Assembly: GCA_030653695.1 (NCBI GenBank)
Contig: JAURYY010000080.1
Location: 1 to 47,571, forward strand
From: Paludibacter sp.
GTDB lineage: Bacteria > Bacteroidota > Bacteroidia > Bacteroidales > Paludibacteraceae
Direction of reading: 5' to 3'
Length of the DNA stretch: 47,571 nucleotides
Shown here: positions 20,068 through 29,388 of the stretch, one piece after another
Layout of the letters: each line of letters begins with the position of its first letter
How positions within the stretch are numbered: the stretch's first letter is position 1
Notes under the pieces: model-generated
What the model was told of the DNA's origin: nothing
The model's database searches: none
Seen by the model: the letters and a program-made list of their open reading frames with translations, nothing else
Made by a program: the position numbers and the translations under genes

Positions 20068-20139
20068 TCCCGATTCCCGATTCCCGATTCCCGATAGCTA
20101 TCGGGAATCGGGAATCGGGAATCGGGAATCGGGACGGGA
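20068..20139. repeat. Concentric palindrome (TCCCGAT)4-AGCT-(ATCGGGA)5-CGGGA
   Basis: Read directly; 20068-20127 is a perfect 60-bp palindrome. Confidence 0.97.
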
Positions 20140-20166
20140 CAAACTTTCAAACAACAAACATTTAAC

Positions 20167-21048
20167 ATGCAAAAATCAGGTTTTGTAAATATAGTCGGTA
20201 ACCCGAATGTGGGCAAATCGACATTAATGAACGCTTTAGTGGGCGAGCGCATTTCAATTATTACTTCAAAAGCTCAGACAACCCGTCACCGAATACTCGG
20301 CATTGTTAACGGAGACGATTTTCAAATCGTATATTCCGATACACCCGGTGTGCTGAAGCCAAATTACGGACTGCAGGAATCCATGCTTAAATTTTCGCGC
20401 TCGGCGCTGACCGATGCTGACGTGCTGCTTTACGTAACCGATGTGTACGATACTTATGAAAAAAATGTCGAATTTGTCGAAAAAGTTAATTTCAACCCTG
20501 CTCCTTTAATTCTGATTATCAACAAAATAGATTTGATTGATCAGGAAAAATTAGAAGCGTTGGTCGAAAAATGGAAAAGCGTAATGCCGCGTGCCGAAAT
20601 ATTTCCGGTATCGGCCATCCTCAAGTTTAATATCGAACCTTTGTTTAAACGAATTAAGGAATTACTGCCTGAATCACCGCCTTTTTTTGATAAAGATCAG
20701 CTGACCGATAAACCCGCACGGTTTTTTGTGAACGAAATTATCCGTGAAAAAATTCTTATGAACTACGAAAAGGAAATACCTTATTCGGTCGAAGTGGAAG
20801 TAGAACAATTTCTGGAAGACGACAGGTTAATCAAAATAAGTGCCGTAATTTATGCCGAGCGCGATTCGCAAAAGGGAATCCTGATTGGACATGGAGGAAA
20901 ATCACTCAAAAAAGTGGGTACTGAAGCCCGCAAAGATTTGGAGGTCTTTTTCGATAAAAAGGTTTTTCTTGAGTTGTTTGTAAAAGTGGAAAAAGACTGG
21001 CGTAACAAAGATATTAAATTACGAGGATTTGGCTATAATCCTGATTGA
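20167..21048 (+). CDS. era: GTPase Era
   Basis: Motifs GNPNVGKSTL, QTTR, DTPG and NKID, plus KH-domain EIPYS and QKGILIG..G. Confidence 0.98.
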   Translation: MQKSGFVNIVGNPNVGKSTLMNALVGERISIITSKAQTTRHRILGIVNGDDFQIVYSDTPGVLKPNYGLQESMLKFSRSALTDADVLLYVTDVYDTYEKNVEFVEKVNFNPAPLILIINKIDLIDQEKLEALVEKWKSVMPRAEIFPVSAILKFNIEPLFKRIKELLPESPPFFDKDQLTDKPARFFVNEIIREKILMNYEKEIPYSVEVEVEQFLEDDRLIKISAVIYAERDSQKGILIGHGGKSLKKVGTEARKDLEVFFDKKVFLELFVKVEKDWRNKDIKLRGFGYNPD

Positions 21049-21142
21049 TATTGTGGTTTCGTTTAATTGGTTTAAGCTATCGGTCAGCAAATCGTTTTTG
21101 ACAAAAAAATTGTATTTTTGTAGCAATTAAATCATTTGCCTT

Positions 21143-22792
21143 ATGAAAACAAAATTTACCCCTTCAATCAACTTTAGGTTGCTATTTGTGCTTTTATTTG
21201 TTTTTTTGATCTCAGAATCAGTTTCGGCGGTCAGCTATTATTTTTATGTGCAATTAACGAACAAAAATAATTCACCTTATTCATTATCAAACCCTTCTGA
21301 ATTTTTATCTCCAAAAGCAATTGCCCGACGTGCTGATTTCAATATCGGTCGCGATTCAACTGACCTACCTGTAAACCCCGCTTACATTGCTCAAATTTCA
21401 AATCTTGGAATAATGGTTCATTCGCGTTCGAAATGGATGAACGGAGTAACAGTGTTGGTATCTGATTCAAATATCATGAGTCAGGTTCGCACTTTGCCGT
21501 TTGTAAAACGGGTTCAGTACACCGGTAAAATCGACACACCTTCGCCAGTGTCGAAAAAAATGAAGTTTCAGGCTGACAGTCTGAACTATGGTAGTGCAAC
21601 CACACAAATCAATCAGGTTAACGGGACTTTTTTGCACAATCAGGGTTATACCGGAAAAAACATTACGGTGGGCGTTCTCGATGCCGGATTTTATAATGTA
21701 AACATAAATCCCGGATTCGATAGTCTCCGATTGTCGGGGCGATTGTTAGGGACTAAAGACATTGCCGAGCCCAATTCAAATATTTATGCGCTTGACACAC
21801 ATGGTGCTAATGTGCTTTCTATTATGACCGGGAATTTGCCTGCTCAATATCTCGGAACAGCCCCTCATGCATCTTTCTGGCTTATTCGCACCGAAGTAGT
21901 ACCGACCGAATATTTGGTTGAAACTGATTTCTGGGTGTCGGGTATCGAATTTGCCGACAGTGTAGGTGTGGATGTTGTAAATTCATCGTTGGGTTATACG
22001 CAATATGATGATCCTACAATGAATTTTACTTATGCCGATATGAACGGACTTGTTTCGCGAGCAAGCCGTGCAGCTACTATAGCCGCCGAAAAAGGAATAA
22101 TAGTATGCACCAGCGCCGGGAATGAAGGCACCAGAGCTTGGCGATATATCAGTTCGCCTGCCGATGCCGATAAAATACTTTCGGTAGGGTCGGTAACTTC
22201 CACAGGGTCGGCCAGTTCGTTTTCATCGTACGGACCAACCTACGATGAACGCATTAAGCCCGAAGTTTGCGCTATGGGCTCTTCTACTGCTTATATTTTT
22301 CACTCGGGTGTTCCGACATGGGGCAGTGGAACATCGTATTCTTCGCCGGTAATAGCAGGTATGATGGCTTGTTTTTTGCAATATATAAAAGCAAATCGTT
22401 CGGTTTATTTCGTTGAAGATATTCTTCAGTCAGTCATCCGAAGCGGGAACCGATATGGTTATCCCGATCCGCAAATGGGTTATGGAATACCGAACTTTCA
22501 GGTGGCAGCAGCAAACTTACCTACTTATAATGGGGTTAACGGCATCAAATCTGATAATATGATTGCGTATGTTGATAATTCAAATAAGATGTTGAGAATA
22601 AAATTATTGGATGATATTTATTTGAATGGTCATATACATATTTATACTGTTACCGGGCAGTTGTTTATGACAAAAAAAGTCACAAACAGTCAAATGGAAT
22701 TTAATATTTCAAAATTGCATCAAGGTATTTATTTGGTGTCGATAACAAATAACGGATTTGTTGAGACTCATAAAATTATTATTGAAAAATAA
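21143..22792 (+). CDS. Secreted S8 (subtilisin-like) serine peptidase with T9SS C-terminal domain
   Basis: Signal peptide, VLDAG / HGANV / GTSYSSP triad, SAGNEG, and CTD L..GIYLVSI...KIII. Confidence 0.92.
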   Translation: MKTKFTPSINFRLLFVLLFVFLISESVSAVSYYFYVQLTNKNNSPYSLSNPSEFLSPKAIARRADFNIGRDSTDLPVNPAYIAQISNLGIMVHSRSKWMNGVTVLVSDSNIMSQVRTLPFVKRVQYTGKIDTPSPVSKKMKFQADSLNYGSATTQINQVNGTFLHNQGYTGKNITVGVLDAGFYNVNINPGFDSLRLSGRLLGTKDIAEPNSNIYALDTHGANVLSIMTGNLPAQYLGTAPHASFWLIRTEVVPTEYLVETDFWVSGIEFADSVGVDVVNSSLGYTQYDDPTMNFTYADMNGLVSRASRAATIAAEKGIIVCTSAGNEGTRAWRYISSPADADKILSVGSVTSTGSASSFSSYGPTYDERIKPEVCAMGSSTAYIFHSGVPTWGSGTSYSSPVIAGMMACFLQYIKANRSVYFVEDILQSVIRSGNRYGYPDPQMGYGIPNFQVAAANLPTYNGVNGIKSDNMIAYVDNSNKMLRIKLLDDIYLNGHIHIYTVTGQLFMTKKVTNSQMEFNISKLHQGIYLVSITNNGFVETHKIIIEK

Positions 22793-22841
22793 TAAAAACA
22801 ATAATTACATTGATTTTAAAAAAATAGCAAAACCCGAAACC

Positions 22842-24074
22842 ATGAATTCAATAACACTGTCCGAACTTACCAATCGTATTCAGGAATCCATAAAACTGAA
22901 TTTTGAAACTCCTGTTTGGATACGTGCAGAAATAAGTGAATTGCGCGAAAATTACAGTGGTCATTGTTATCTTGAATTAATTGAAAAAGAAGCCGATACT
23001 GGTTCATTAACAGCAAAAGTAAAAGCGACGATTTGGGCATCTACTTATCGCATGTTGAAACCCTATTTTGAAAGCAGCACGGGTCAAACGCTTCGGGCAG
23101 GACTGAATGTGCTGGTTGCTGTAACTGTTGAGTTTCACGGTGTATATGGTTTTAGTCTGAATGTGCGCGACATCGACCCTACCTTTACTATTGGCGAAAT
23201 GGCAGCCCTACGACTTAAAATTATCCGTCAGCTCGAAAAAGAAGGCGTTGCAGATATGAATAAGGAAATCCTGTTTCCGATACGTCCACAGCGTTTGGCA
23301 ATAATTTCATCTTCGACTGCTGCAGGTTACGATGATTTTCGTGATCAACTTAAAAGCAATTCATCCCATTTTGCTTTCTATACTCGACTTTTTCCGGCTG
23401 TCATGCAAGGCGAGCAAGCCGAAAGTTCAATTATAGCAGCTTTGGAAAAAATATATCAATTAATGGATTTTTTCGATGTGGTTGTCATAATTCGAGGTGG
23501 CGGAGCTACCACCGATCTGGCTTGTTTCGACTCATACGATCTGGCTTTGAATTGTGCACAGTTTCCGCTTCCGGTTATTACGGGTATTGGTCATCAGCGC
23601 GATGTTTCTATTCTCGATATGGTAGCGCATACTTCAGTAAAAACACCTACTGCTGCCGCCGAATTTCTGATTGAAACCATGCAGCAAGCCGAAAGTGCTA
23701 TGATAAGTTTGGTCACAGAAATTGAGCAGATTGTAAGTAACAAAATTGCAGAACAAAAAAGATTTTTAGACCAAATTAAGTGGAATATCACACAAAATCT
23801 GCAAAGCAAAGTTTCAAAGAAAAATCTTTTGCACGAAAGGCAAAAAAACAGGTTGAAATCAACGTTTAGATTCATTGTGAATAAACAACAAAATAAACTT
23901 ATGTTGCTTGAGAAAAGCATTGAGTCACATTCGCCCTCTTTTTTGCTTAAACATGGATACACCATTACCACGCTAAACGGAAAACGAATAACATCGGTGA
24001 AACAAGTGAAAGCTAAGGATATAATCCGTACTGTTGTGCACGATGGTGGTTTTGAAAGTGAAGTGAAATTGTAG
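22842..24074 (+). CDS. xseA: Exodeoxyribonuclease VII large subunit
   Basis: Motifs WIRAEIS, SGHCYL, IIRGGG, TGIGH..D and TPTAAAE. The ATG at 22842 is preferred. Confidence 0.95.
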   Translation: MNSITLSELTNRIQESIKLNFETPVWIRAEISELRENYSGHCYLELIEKEADTGSLTAKVKATIWASTYRMLKPYFESSTGQTLRAGLNVLVAVTVEFHGVYGFSLNVRDIDPTFTIGEMAALRLKIIRQLEKEGVADMNKEILFPIRPQRLAIISSSTAAGYDDFRDQLKSNSSHFAFYTRLFPAVMQGEQAESSIIAALEKIYQLMDFFDVVVIIRGGGATTDLACFDSYDLALNCAQFPLPVITGIGHQRDVSILDMVAHTSVKTPTAAAEFLIETMQQAESAMISLVTEIEQIVSNKIAEQKRFLDQIKWNITQNLQSKVSKKNLLHERQKNRLKSTFRFIVNKQQNKLMLLEKSIESHSPSFLLKHGYTITTLNGKRITSVKQVKAKDIIRTVVHDGGFESEVKL

Positions 24075-24110
24075 AACAATCCCGATAGCTATCGGAAAAA
24101 GAACAAAAAC
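24073..24110. repeat. Palindrome copy (TCCCGATAGCTATCGGA, 24080-24096) in an AGAACAA heptamer context
   Basis: Read directly in the xseA-folB junction. Confidence 0.9.
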
Positions 24111-24135
24111 ACTTAGAAAAGAAATATTTTACATC

Positions 24136-24492
24136 ATGTCGGTCATTACGCTAAAAAATATGGAGTTTCATGCATACCACGGTTGTATGCAGCACGAACA
24201 ACAATTGGGAAATACATATCTGGTTTCGGTAAGTATGGAAATTGATACTGAACTTGCCGGCGAAACCGATAATTTACACGATACACTTAATTATGTGTCG
24301 GTTTACAATGCGGTGAAAAAGCAAATGGAAATTCCAGCGAAGTTAATTGAACATCTTGGACAACGAATATCAGATGATATATTTGATCATTTTCAGCAAA
24401 TCCGAAAAATTTCGATTAAATTATCGAAACAAAATCCACCACTTGGAGGGAAAGTAGAGTCAGTATCCATCGAATTAGAAAAGACAAGATAG
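24136..24492 (+). CDS. folB: Dihydroneopterin aldolase
   Basis: Motifs FHAYHGC..HE, D.L.DTLNY, LIEHL and K.NPPLGG. Confidence 0.95.
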   Translation: MSVITLKNMEFHAYHGCMQHEQQLGNTYLVSVSMEIDTELAGETDNLHDTLNYVSVYNAVKKQMEIPAKLIEHLGQRISDDIFDHFQQIRKISIKLSKQNPPLGGKVESVSIELEKTR

Positions 24493-24595
24493 CTAACTAC
24501 AGAAAATATTATTTAGCTTGACAACAATTTTTATATTACTGAAAAACTGCTTGTGATTCTAAAAAAAGTACTTTTGTATCGTGTTTTCAAATACT

Positions 24596-24631
24596 AAAAA
24601 GAACGCCATGTAAATCAGCGTTCTTTTTTTT
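24596..24631 (+). terminator. Terminator-like hairpin upstream of the POT transporter
   Basis: AAAAAGAACGC-(11 nt)-GCGTTC followed by T8. Confidence 0.6.
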
Positions 24632-24669
24632 GTCAATTTTCAAATAAATAATCGCTAATTAAACAAATT

Positions 24670-26217
24670 ATGTCTTCAAAACAAGTAAAAAAAGGTCATC
24701 CCAAAGGACTTTATTTTGTATTTACCACCGCCATGTCCGAGCGAATCAGCTATTACGGTATGCGCGCCATTTTCACGCTTTATCTTATCAAAGCTTTGTT
24801 GATGGACAAAGAGTTAGCATCCACCATTTACGGTAATTACACGGGTTTGGTTTATCTAACGCCGCTAATTGGCGGTTACGTAGCTGATCGTTTTTGGGGA
24901 ATGAGACGATCCATTCTTCTGGGTGCTGTTTTGATGATGATGGGACAATTATTCATGTTTTTCAGTGCTTTATATTATCAGAGCGGCAACTTGGCGCATT
25001 GGCTGATGTATATTGGATTGGCATCACTAATTCTTGGAAACGGATTTTTCAAACCCAATATTACAACCATGGTCGGCAGTTTGTACGAACCCGGCGACAA
25101 AAGACTCGATTCGGCTTATACTATTTTTTATATGGGTGTGAATGTAGGTGCGTTTATTGCTCCGTTACTTGCCGGATTTCTTGGCGATACGGGCAATCCT
25201 GCCGATTTCAAATGGGGGTTTTTGGCTGCTGCCATTGGTATGTTATTGAGCCTGATATTGTTTGTTGGTTGGAAAAATAAATATCTTATCGGTCCCAATG
25301 GCGAGCAATTAGGCATTGTAGCTGCCGGCAAAGTAGAGCACAATATGTTAGAAAAAGAAAAGTCGCCCGACCGAAGCAAAAAACAAAATATGTTAGAGTT
25401 TTTTCTGTGGTCGCTTGGCGGATTTATTTTATTTATTATATTTCGTTACGCACTCGATTTTGATATCATAGGTTCATTTATTTTTTCACTTTGTATACTC
25501 ATTCCGGCGTATGTTATCTCCGATCGTTCGCTTACAAAAATTGAAAAACAGCGCATCGCGGTGATTTACATGATTGCATTTTTTGTTATATTTTTCTGGG
25601 CAGCTTTTGAGCAAGCCGGAGCATCGCTTACTTATTTTGCCGATGAACAAACCAATCGCGAAATGCTGGGCTGGACAATGCCTGCCAGTTATTTTCAGTC
25701 GTTTAATCCTGTGTTTATTGTTGTATTCGCTCCACTCATGTCGTGGCTTTGGTTGAAACTCGGAACCAAAAACATGGAACCTGCCTCGCCAACCAAACAA
25801 GCGATGGGTTTGTTTTTGCTTTCAATAGGTTATCTTGTGATTGCATTGGGAGTTCAGGGCGTTGAGCCTGGTGTTAAAGTCAGTATCTTATGGTTGACGG
25901 GTTTATATTTCATACACTCGATGGGAGAATTGATGTTATCGCCAATCGGATTGTCGATGGTCAATAAACTTGCACCGATACGTTTTGCATCTTTATTAAT
26001 GGGCATCTGGTATTTATCGATGGCAACAGCTAATAAGTTTGCCGGAATTTTGAGTGGTTTATATCCCGATGCAGGTAAACCCAAGATGTTTATGGGTTTC
26101 GAAATTGCAACGATGTACGACTTTTTTATGTTGTTTGTTGTTATTTCGGGCATAGCAGCTGTAATACTTTTCGTTTTATCAAAACGTTTGCAAAAGTTGA
26201 TGCATGGAGTGAGATAG
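24670..26217 (+). CDS. Proton-dependent oligopeptide (POT/PTR) MFS transporter
   Basis: Motifs HPKGL, ER.SYYGMR, GG.VADR, GNGFFKPN, FYMGVN.G and GELMLSP. Confidence 0.95.
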   Translation: MSSKQVKKGHPKGLYFVFTTAMSERISYYGMRAIFTLYLIKALLMDKELASTIYGNYTGLVYLTPLIGGYVADRFWGMRRSILLGAVLMMMGQLFMFFSALYYQSGNLAHWLMYIGLASLILGNGFFKPNITTMVGSLYEPGDKRLDSAYTIFYMGVNVGAFIAPLLAGFLGDTGNPADFKWGFLAAAIGMLLSLILFVGWKNKYLIGPNGEQLGIVAAGKVEHNMLEKEKSPDRSKKQNMLEFFLWSLGGFILFIIFRYALDFDIIGSFIFSLCILIPAYVISDRSLTKIEKQRIAVIYMIAFFVIFFWAAFEQAGASLTYFADEQTNREMLGWTMPASYFQSFNPVFIVVFAPLMSWLWLKLGTKNMEPASPTKQAMGLFLLSIGYLVIALGVQGVEPGVKVSILWLTGLYFIHSMGELMLSPIGLSMVNKLAPIRFASLLMGIWYLSMATANKFAGILSGLYPDAGKPKMFMGFEIATMYDFFMLFVVISGIAAVILFVLSKRLQKLMHGVR

Positions 26218-26350
26218 ATTTGATTAAAAAAAAATAAGAAACGGATTTTGATGAGCAGTAGTTTTTATATCCATGTTTTTAGTTTGTCGACCAAATGAAA
26301 AATACCTGATTGCCCAAGCACTACATTCATCAAAGTCAATAGTGCAAAAA

Positions 26351-26387
26351 GCAATTATAAAACAGACTAAAACTGCTTTATAATTGC
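26351..26387. terminator. Hairpin between the convergent POT and sbtA genes
   Basis: GCAATTATAAAACAG...CTGCTTTATAATTGC. Confidence 0.5.
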
Positions 26388-26509
26388 TCGTTGATACTAC
26401 CCGTTGGGCAGATACAGTACCAGAATATGTGGTAAGTTTTCGACTGGTTGGAACAAGCTGAACAAACGACAAAAACAACCAGTCGGACTATGTTATTGTC
26501 CAACCAGTA

Positions 26510-27472
26510 TCAATTGGCTAAAACAATCATATAATACAAAGGCATTCCAATAATAATGTTAAAAGGAAACGTAACAGCTAATGCCATAGGTAGATATATG
26601 CCGGGGTTTGCATTCGGAACTGCAATTTTCATAGCAGCCGGAACAGCAATGTACGATGCACTTGCCGCCAGAATTGCAAAAAGAAACCGGTTTCCAATAT
26701 CGGGTGTGATAAAACCACTCAGAAAAGCGACTAAACACCCATTGATAAGTGGAATCATTATCGCAAATAATCCGGTAAACAATCCGTTTTTTATGAAATC
26801 ATTTAATTTTCGACCACTGATAATTCCCATATCTAAAAGAAAAATGGCAAGAAAACCTTTAAAAATATCTGTTGTAAAAGGTTTAATACCTTGAGCTTGC
26901 TGCTCGCTTGCTAAAAAGCCGATGATTAAGCTGCCCATTATTAATAACACGCTTCCATTTGTGAACGAATGACCTACAATTTTCCCTATGTTGAAATTAT
27001 TGTTTTTCTTCTCGCCATACAATTTTATCAATATAACTCCAATGATAATGGCAGGAGCTTCCATTAATGCCATGACGGCGACCATGTGTCCACTAAAAGT
27101 TTGCCCATGAATTTCTAAAAATGATACAGCAACAACAAATGTAACCGCACTTACTGATCCATACGAAGCGGCAATTGCTCCAGAATCGTCTATACTTAAT
27201 TTCTTTTTTAAAATAAAAAAAGTGTAAAAGGGGATTGCACAAGCTATAGCAATTCCGAAAATCACCGACCAAATAATATCGAAGGATAATTGACTGATTG
27301 CCAACTCATGCCCACCTTTAAAGCCAATTGAAAACAATAAATATAATGAAATAAATTTGGATGAATTAGGAGGTATTTCTAAATCACTTTTTAATTTCAC
27401 GGCAATAATACCCAAAATAAAAAACAAAAAAGCCGGATTGGTCAGATTGTCAATCAGTAAGTTGTAATTCAT
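26510..27472 (-). CDS. sbtA: Sodium-dependent bicarbonate transporter family permease (SbtA/DUF897)
   Basis: Motifs SDL.IP, IG.KGG, YGSVSAVTF, ME.PAI, FLLDMG, ASASYIAVPAA and TFPFN. Confidence 0.9.
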   Translation of the reverse strand: MNYNLLIDNLTNPAFLFFILGIIAVKLKSDLEIPPNSSKFISLYLLFSIGFKGGHELAISQLSFDIIWSVIFGIAIACAIPFYTFFILKKKLSIDDSGAIAASYGSVSAVTFVVAVSFLEIHGQTFSGHMVAVMALMEAPAIIIGVILIKLYGEKKNNNFNIGKIVGHSFTNGSVLLIMGSLIIGFLASEQQAQGIKPFTTDIFKGFLAIFLLDMGIISGRKLNDFIKNGLFTGLFAIMIPLINGCLVAFLSGFITPDIGNRFLFAILAASASYIAVPAAMKIAVPNANPGIYLPMALAVTFPFNIIIGMPLYYMIVLAN

Positions 27473-27898
27473 TACTTTTTAGATTTAATTTACACATTAA
27501 AAAAGTCTTATATCTGCTGAGTATTTACAAAACTATATGATGTGTGAACTATGGATTATTAAATAATATTTATATAAAATGCTATTTTTTAAATAGATTA
27601 AAGTGTGTGTTGCAGGATTAAACTGTTGTACTTAAACACTTTGTTTATCTTTTTGTCATTCTTGCTCAGGTGAAGTTCAAAAAATAAAGCTGATTCTTTT
27701 TTGCCGGTATTTTTTGAAGTGGTACTTTGCAAATTGGAATAGTACCTATGCTTTGCACAATTTGAAGCTTTCTGATTTAATGCAATAGCTTGGTAATTTT
27801 ATCAAATAACATTACAATGGTTTGTTTAAGTTGAAATATGAAACCTATTTTTTGATATTTCTAATTCGCAGCTTATTTGATCCGATATTCATGTTTGC

Positions 27899-28402
27899 TC
27901 ATTTTACTTCTTTCAATTTAAGTTCTATTACTTCAAGATTCTGAATTTTTTCTCCATCAATTTCAAACCGCACAAGCGTTTGTATAAGATGAAAGCCGTA
28001 TTTCCCGGCAGCTCCGGGATTAATATGTAGTAAATCGAGCGATTTATCATATTTCACCTTCAAAATGTGCGAATGTCCGCAAACAAATAATTTAGGTGGT
28101 TGCCGGTAAATATCGGGACGAACAAGCGCATCGTAATTTCCCGGATAACCGCCGATATGGGTTAGCCATACCTTCACGTTTTCGCACATAAAACGGTTGT
28201 GTTGCGGAAACAGAGAACGAATTTCGTAACCATCAATATTACCCCATACACCACGGATCGGTTTAAATTCCTGTAGTTTATTCACAACATCGAGTGAGCC
28301 CCAGTCTCCGCAATGCCACACTTCATCGCAAGTGGCAAAATGTTCAAAAACGCGCTCGTGGAGCATGCCGTGTGTATCCGAGAGTACCCCGATTCGTTTC
28401 AT
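27899..28402 (-). CDS. Calcineurin-like metallophosphoesterase (YfcE/MJ0936 family)
   Basis: Motifs SDTH, HCGD, GNID, GHSH and NPG. ATG at 28402, with a -7 element at 28435-28442 on the minus strand. Confidence 0.9.
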   Translation of the reverse strand: MKRIGVLSDTHGMLHERVFEHFATCDEVWHCGDWGSLDVVNKLQEFKPIRGVWGNIDGYEIRSLFPQHNRFMCENVKVWLTHIGGYPGNYDALVRPDIYRQPPKLFVCGHSHILKVKYDKSLDLLHINPGAAGKYGFHLIQTLVRFEIDGEKIQNLEVIELKLKEVK

Positions 28403-28592
28403 AATAATATAATGACTACTGAAAAAAAGAGAAACAAAAGTACAAAAAAAATAAAGAGCTTGTTTGTTATTTAGAAAAAATATTTTCACATTTGTAATCA
28501 ATGTTTTAAAATATCAAAAAAAATAATAATAATCAGGGATTAAATGCTAAATTTGCGATTCAATATAAAAAAAGCAAATTATATATATTTTT

Positions 28593-29183
28593 ATGAATAC
28601 AAAACTTCAAGAACTTACCGATAAAATTTATTTCGAAGGAGTAGAAAAGGGCAACGAAGAAGCAAAAGCTATAGTGGAAAAGGCTGAAGCCGAAGCCGTA
28701 GAAATAAAGGCGGAGGCTCAGGTTCAGGCACAGAGAATAGTTGCGGAGGCTCAGGCAAAGTCGGTTGAACTAACTAAAAATACTCATTCTGAGTTGAAAC
28801 TTTTTGCACAGCAATCAGTCAATGCCCTGAAAACCGAAATAACAGATTTAATTTGCGGTTCCATTGTTTCAGCATCGGTTAAAGTAGCCACTACCGATAA
28901 GGCATTTATGCAAAAAACCATACTTGCATTAGTTCAGGATTGGGGGAAAAATCAGTCGATTACCATCGAAGCAAAAGATGCAAAAGCGTTAACCGATTAT
29001 TTTATGACTAACGCAAAAGAATTGTTGAATAAAGGAGTGAAAATTTCCGAGGCGAATGGAATAAAAGCCGATTTTGTAATTGTGCCGGAGAAAGAAGGTT
29101 ATAAAATTACTTTTGGCGATGATGAATTTATTGCTTATTTTAAAGAATTTCTGCGTCCCAAATTAGTGGAAATGCTGTTCTGA
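28593..29183 (+). CDS. ntpE: V/A-type ATPase subunit E
   Basis: KLQELTDKIY.EGVEKG.EEA coiled coil and FLRPKL..MLF. First gene of the operon, with TAAATTTG at 28548-28555. Confidence 0.88.
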   Translation: MNTKLQELTDKIYFEGVEKGNEEAKAIVEKAEAEAVEIKAEAQVQAQRIVAEAQAKSVELTKNTHSELKLFAQQSVNALKTEITDLICGSIVSASVKVATTDKAFMQKTILALVQDWGKNQSITIEAKDAKALTDYFMTNAKELLNKGVKISEANGIKADFVIVPEKEGYKITFGDDEFIAYFKEFLRPKLVEMLF

Positions 29184-29186
29184 GAA

Positions 29187-29224
29187 GAGGTAAGAATCCA
29201 GATAGCTATCGGGAGAGGTAAGAA
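29187..29224. repeat. Palindrome copy (TCCAGATAGCTATCGGGA, 29197-29214) flanked by 10-bp direct repeats GAGGTAAGAA
   Basis: Read directly. Confidence 0.9.
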
Positions 29225-29320
29225 AGTGAATAAACACGTCTCACAAATTGGAACCTTTCCCGAGATACTTTAAACGGCAAACCTCAAAACTTTCGAACAC
29301 GAAACCCTGATCAATGCTTG

Positions 29321-29357
29321 TCCCGGATTGTTCCGATAAATCGGAAATTTATAGGGA
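29321..29357. repeat. Variant palindrome TTCCGATAAATCGGAA (29331-29346) within degenerate outer arms TCCCG...ATAGGGA
   Basis: Read directly; near-identical arms with a 2-nt core. Confidence 0.6.
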
Positions 29358-29388
29358 GAATTCGAAATGCCAAAACACAAAACAATCG

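Noticed and set aside
20049-20252. 67-aa minus-strand ORF with PIPDSRFPIPDSYRESGIGNRD repeats
   Set aside because: It is the translation of the concentric palindrome plus antisense era sequence, with no evidence of a real gene.
26224-26478. 84-aa ORF downstream of sbtA considered as SbtB; also a wider TGCCCAA...TTGGGCA inverted pair (about 26311-26410) considered as an attC-like site
   Set aside because: The ORF has no PII-like motifs and crosses a hairpin. The outer pairing is only 7 bp and there is no integrase or cassette array.
29314-29388. N-terminal extension of DUF2764, and similar extensions in the ORF track for purA, lysC, xseA, ntpA and the phosphoesterase
   Set aside because: The extensions run through repeats or promoter sequence, and family similarity starts at the downstream ATGs.
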